Shown: positions 62,322-64,000 of the stretch, piece after piece | Position numbering within the stretch: position 1 is the stretch's first letter | Layout of the letters: the number at the start of each line of letters is the position of its first letter | Notes under the pieces: model-generated | What the model was told of the DNA's origin: nothing | Databases searched by the model: none | Seen by the model: the letters and a program-made list of their open reading frames with translations, nothing else | Assembly (NCBI GenBank): GCA_963778655.1 | Contig: CAVZVA010000003.1 | Span: 288,001 to 352,000, forward strand | Direction: 5' to 3' | Length of the DNA stretch: 64,000 nucleotides | Source: an uncultured delta proteobacterium | GTDB taxonomy: Bacteria > Myxococcota_A > Polyangia > Polyangiales > JAFGIB01 | Made by a program: the position numbers and the translations under genes

Positions 62322-64000
62322 CTCGAGGATCGATCCCGGGTAATCGAAAGTCTGTCCAGCGTCGGGCGCTGCGTGGTGGCGGCCGTTGGCGGTGGCGGCC
62401 AGATCCGCCAGTGTGGAGCGCCTAACTGCCCGATTTCGCGTTGCCGGCGCCCGGCCCAGTTGTCGCAGCTGTCGCGGCGCGTGACGGCCCCGCGCATCAT
62501 TGTTCCCGGTGCGACCACCGCCATCACGCGGCGCGCCACGTTGCGCAAGGCGTTTTTGGCGCCGTGGGACCCGGGCGTGGAGCAAGCCTGGCTCTACAGC
62601 CTGGCGCTGGCGCAGAAGCACACCGGCGTGGCCATCCATCACGCCACACGCGTCATCACCCACAACCACCTCACCGTCACGCCCGAGCGCGACAACCTGC
62701 CGTGCTTCACTCGGATGTTCCACCACGAGCTCAGCTGCGCGCTCAACACCCTGCTGGCCCAGCAGCGCTACGACCAGCCCGGCGAGCTGTTCGACGGCCG
62801 CGCCACCCACATGATGCGGCTGTGCGATGACGCCGCCCAGAGCACGCAGCTCATCTACGAGTACCTCAACCCCGTGGCCGCCGGCCTGGTCTCGCGTCCC
62901 GAGCACATGCCCGGCTTCGTCTTCGACTTCGAGCTCTGGCTCAAGGGCTACCTCGACGTCCGCCGCCCCGACTTCTACTTCAGCGACAGCCAGCCGGAGC
63001 TGCTGCGGCTGGAAGTGACGCCGCCACCGCTGCTGTACCTGGCCTTCGAGGGCGAGCTGGACAAGCTCGTGCACGCGATGAAGCGCCTGGCCGAGCACAG
63101 CGCGCGCGAGCTGCGCGCGCGGCAGAAGCGCGCGCCGCTGGGCGCCCGGGCGATCACGCGGCTGCACCCCTGGAGCGAGCCGCGGACGCTGCGTGAGAGT
63201 CGGGGACGCTCGGTGCCGACGTTCCGCATCGGCGCACGCGGCATCGTGGGGCAGCAGGCGCACATCGAGGCGGCGCGCGAGACGCGAGGCTTTCGGCATG
63301 GCCACGAGCGCGCACGGCTCGCTCGCAAGGGCGGCGATTTCGCACATGAGTTCCCTTACGGGACGTATCAGATGCGCGTGCAACATGGCGTGCCCGTGGC
63401 CGAGCCCGACTTCGGCACCGGCATCGTCACGCGCCCAGGGCCTACGTTGCGGCAGGTGCAGCGGATGCTCGAGCAGCGCGCGGCCCGGGATCACGGGGGT
63501 GAGGCCGCTGCCAGCGCTGCAGCACGCTTCGAGCTGATGGACCGGGCACGTGAGGCGCTGTTCGACGAGGCCGATGTCATCTGCGAGCACGCCTCCGACG
63601 GCATGGACTTCCAACACCCGCAGCGAGCCCCGACTGCGAGCGCGCCGGACGCCCGGCTCCGCTCTGGTGAAGGTCGTCGCGAAGGGAACGAACATGGCGA
63701 CCACGGCGGTGCGCAGGCGACCGTCGAACACGAAGATGCCGCGGATGACGGTGCGCCGGTGATCGTCCGGCACCGCTTCGACAAGCGCAGCGGCGCCGGT
63801 GGCGACCGTGAGGCGCGCCGCATCATCACGCTGCGCGACCGCCGCCGCGGCCGCCCCCGCACATCGCGCCACGGTACCGACCCACCTGGCTAACCGCAGA
63901 ACGCCCTCGCCGGCGTGCGTACCGAGGTGACGGCCCTCGGGCTATCTTCGTGCGCGCACAGCCGTTTCAGGCACCCCCAATCGCACTGAGGTGGCGTTTG
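62322..64000 (+). mobile_element. Y1/RAYT-like HUH element, copy 3 (runs off the right edge)
   Basis: Same left end and near-identical body as copy 2. Confidence 0.9.
62481..63893 (+). CDS. Y1/RAYT-like HUH transposase, 470 aa
   Basis: Differs from 57121..58533 by only a few residues. Confidence 0.88.
   Translation: MTAPRIIVPGATTAITRRATLRKAFLAPWDPGVEQAWLYSLALAQKHTGVAIHHATRVITHNHLTVTPERDNLPCFTRMFHHELSCALNTLLAQQRYDQPGELFDGRATHMMRLCDDAAQSTQLIYEYLNPVAAGLVSRPEHMPGFVFDFELWLKGYLDVRRPDFYFSDSQPELLRLEVTPPPLLYLAFEGELDKLVHAMKRLAEHSARELRARQKRAPLGARAITRLHPWSEPRTLRESRGRSVPTFRIGARGIVGQQAHIEAARETRGFRHGHERARLARKGGDFAHEFPYGTYQMRVQHGVPVAEPDFGTGIVTRPGPTLRQVQRMLEQRAARDHGGEAAASAAARFELMDRAREALFDEADVICEHASDGMDFQHPQRAPTASAPDARLRSGEGRREGNEHGDHGGAQATVEHEDAADDGAPVIVRHRFDKRSGAGGDREARRIITLRDRRRGRPRTSRHGTDPPG

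Overview
High-GC DNA that looks myxobacterial (Polyangiales-like; inferred from gene content, not verified). The window is almost entirely accessory DNA: a mosaic of intact small modules and abruptly truncated gene fragments. Intact modules include a porin/substrate-binding protein/hybrid kinase triad, an OmpR two-component system, a MarR-nirK-hemerythrin cluster, vapBC, a NemR-like TetR with a truncated haemoglobin, an ECF sigma cluster and two DUF4423/TIGR02147 regulators. Mobile DNA includes two identical 3' halves of tRNA-Lys(CTT) (att scars), two ISL3 copies, one IS3-family element, IS66, serine-recombinase and integrase remnants, and two group II intron fragments. Two signals stand out. 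(1) A 78-bp repeat in three copies ends in a dif-like 11-6-11 site with conserved arms and a variable 6-bp spacer. A group II intron sits exactly at the outer edge of one site, with a matching EBS1/IBS1, and an ISL3 sits in the spacer of another. (2) A RAYT/Y1-type HUH transposase element occurs as three near-identical co-oriented copies plus a deleted derivative, with GATC-rich tandem and palindromic repeats stacked at its ends. Many single-base frameshifts may be long-read errors rather than true pseudogenes. Product calls come from motif recognition only; no database searches were run.
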